A stretch of DNA of 62,619 nucleotides, counting the filler, from Vannella sp. (Eukaryota), in the NCBI GenBank assembly GCA_023345925.1. It is 7 parts of 7 records of this genome, joined end to end, with 100 filler letters (N's around TTAATTAATTAA, not from the genome) between each part and the next. Parts side by side here need not be neighbours in the genome. Positions count along the whole stretch, not along the records: positions 55,885 to 62,619 come from JAJQQN010000093.1; 6 more parts are not named here. One strand, given 5' to 3'. Under the pieces are notes generated by a model. The model saw only the letters and a program-made list of their open reading frames with translations, did not search any database and was not told the origin of the DNA. Shown here one piece after another: positions 62,162-62,619 of the stretch. Positions within the stretch are counted from its first letter, which is position 1, and every line of letters begins with the position of its first letter. The position numbers were made by a program, and so were the translations under genes.

Positions 62162-62538
62162 GAGACCTAACACGGTGATCTCGCACTAAAAATCAATCCC
62201 ATAAGCTTGAATTCCTCCAGGAAGGCCAATTTAAAGCATGGCTTCTATCAGACCTTGTCTGCTGATCTACATCAGATATCTTTACCATCCTCATTCAAAA
62301 GAAGTCGTATTGGCGAGGTACAGAGTTCTCCATGATGGCCAACACCGAGGGAGCCTCTACATCTTTGGGAACCCCAACATCATCAGATGGAGGAGGAGCT
62401 TGGCTCCAAGGTCTCAGTTCCATCAGTCGGGTGAACACCGAAAGAGTGAGAAGTCACGAGCGGCGAGGGCATTTCCCTTGTTGGGGTCGCTCAGCAGCCA
62501 AAAAGTAAAAAAATGAAATCAGTCCAAAAGCTTGTCCC

Positions 62539-62602
62539 GAAGAGATGGAGGTCATCAGGGCAAGCTACGCAAACATGAGTTCTACCCCTTCACTCGTGGA
62601 TT
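62539..62602 (+). repeat. Dispersed repeat A, copy 2
   Basis: See 47718-47788; lies at the end of the window. Confidence 0.9.
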
Positions 62603-62619
62603 GACTGAGAAACGTTTGG

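Overview
This is not prokaryotic DNA. The window is seven unrelated contigs of a very compact, intron-containing microbial eukaryote genome, joined by six identical artificial 100-bp spacers (N44-TTAATTAATTAA-N44). An amoebozoan source is inferred from gene content: a Dictyostelium-type Roco kinase, RasGEFs, Ric-8, a GATA factor, a mitochondrial gamma-carbonic anhydrase and a sterol C24-methyltransferase. About 35 protein-coding genes can be reconstructed using short (mostly 40-60 nt) GT-AG introns and the standard genetic code; most are housekeeping genes. I saw no rRNA, tRNA, CRISPR array or intact transposase. The most unusual items are: (1) a protein O-mannosyltransferase (PMT/POMT, GT39) whose luminal MIR region is replaced by a single P-type trefoil (TFF-like) domain retaining the lectin Asp and Trp; (2) an LRRK2-like Roco protein with an intact kinase but a degenerate Roc GTPase site; (3) a PRR11-like protein in a protist; (4) an ankyrin plus tandem RasGEF protein; (5) an intronless, decaying multicopy RCC1-repeat family; (6) a perfect 22-bp inverted repeat and two small dispersed repeat families near contig ends. 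All family assignments come from motif recognition by eye, not database searches.
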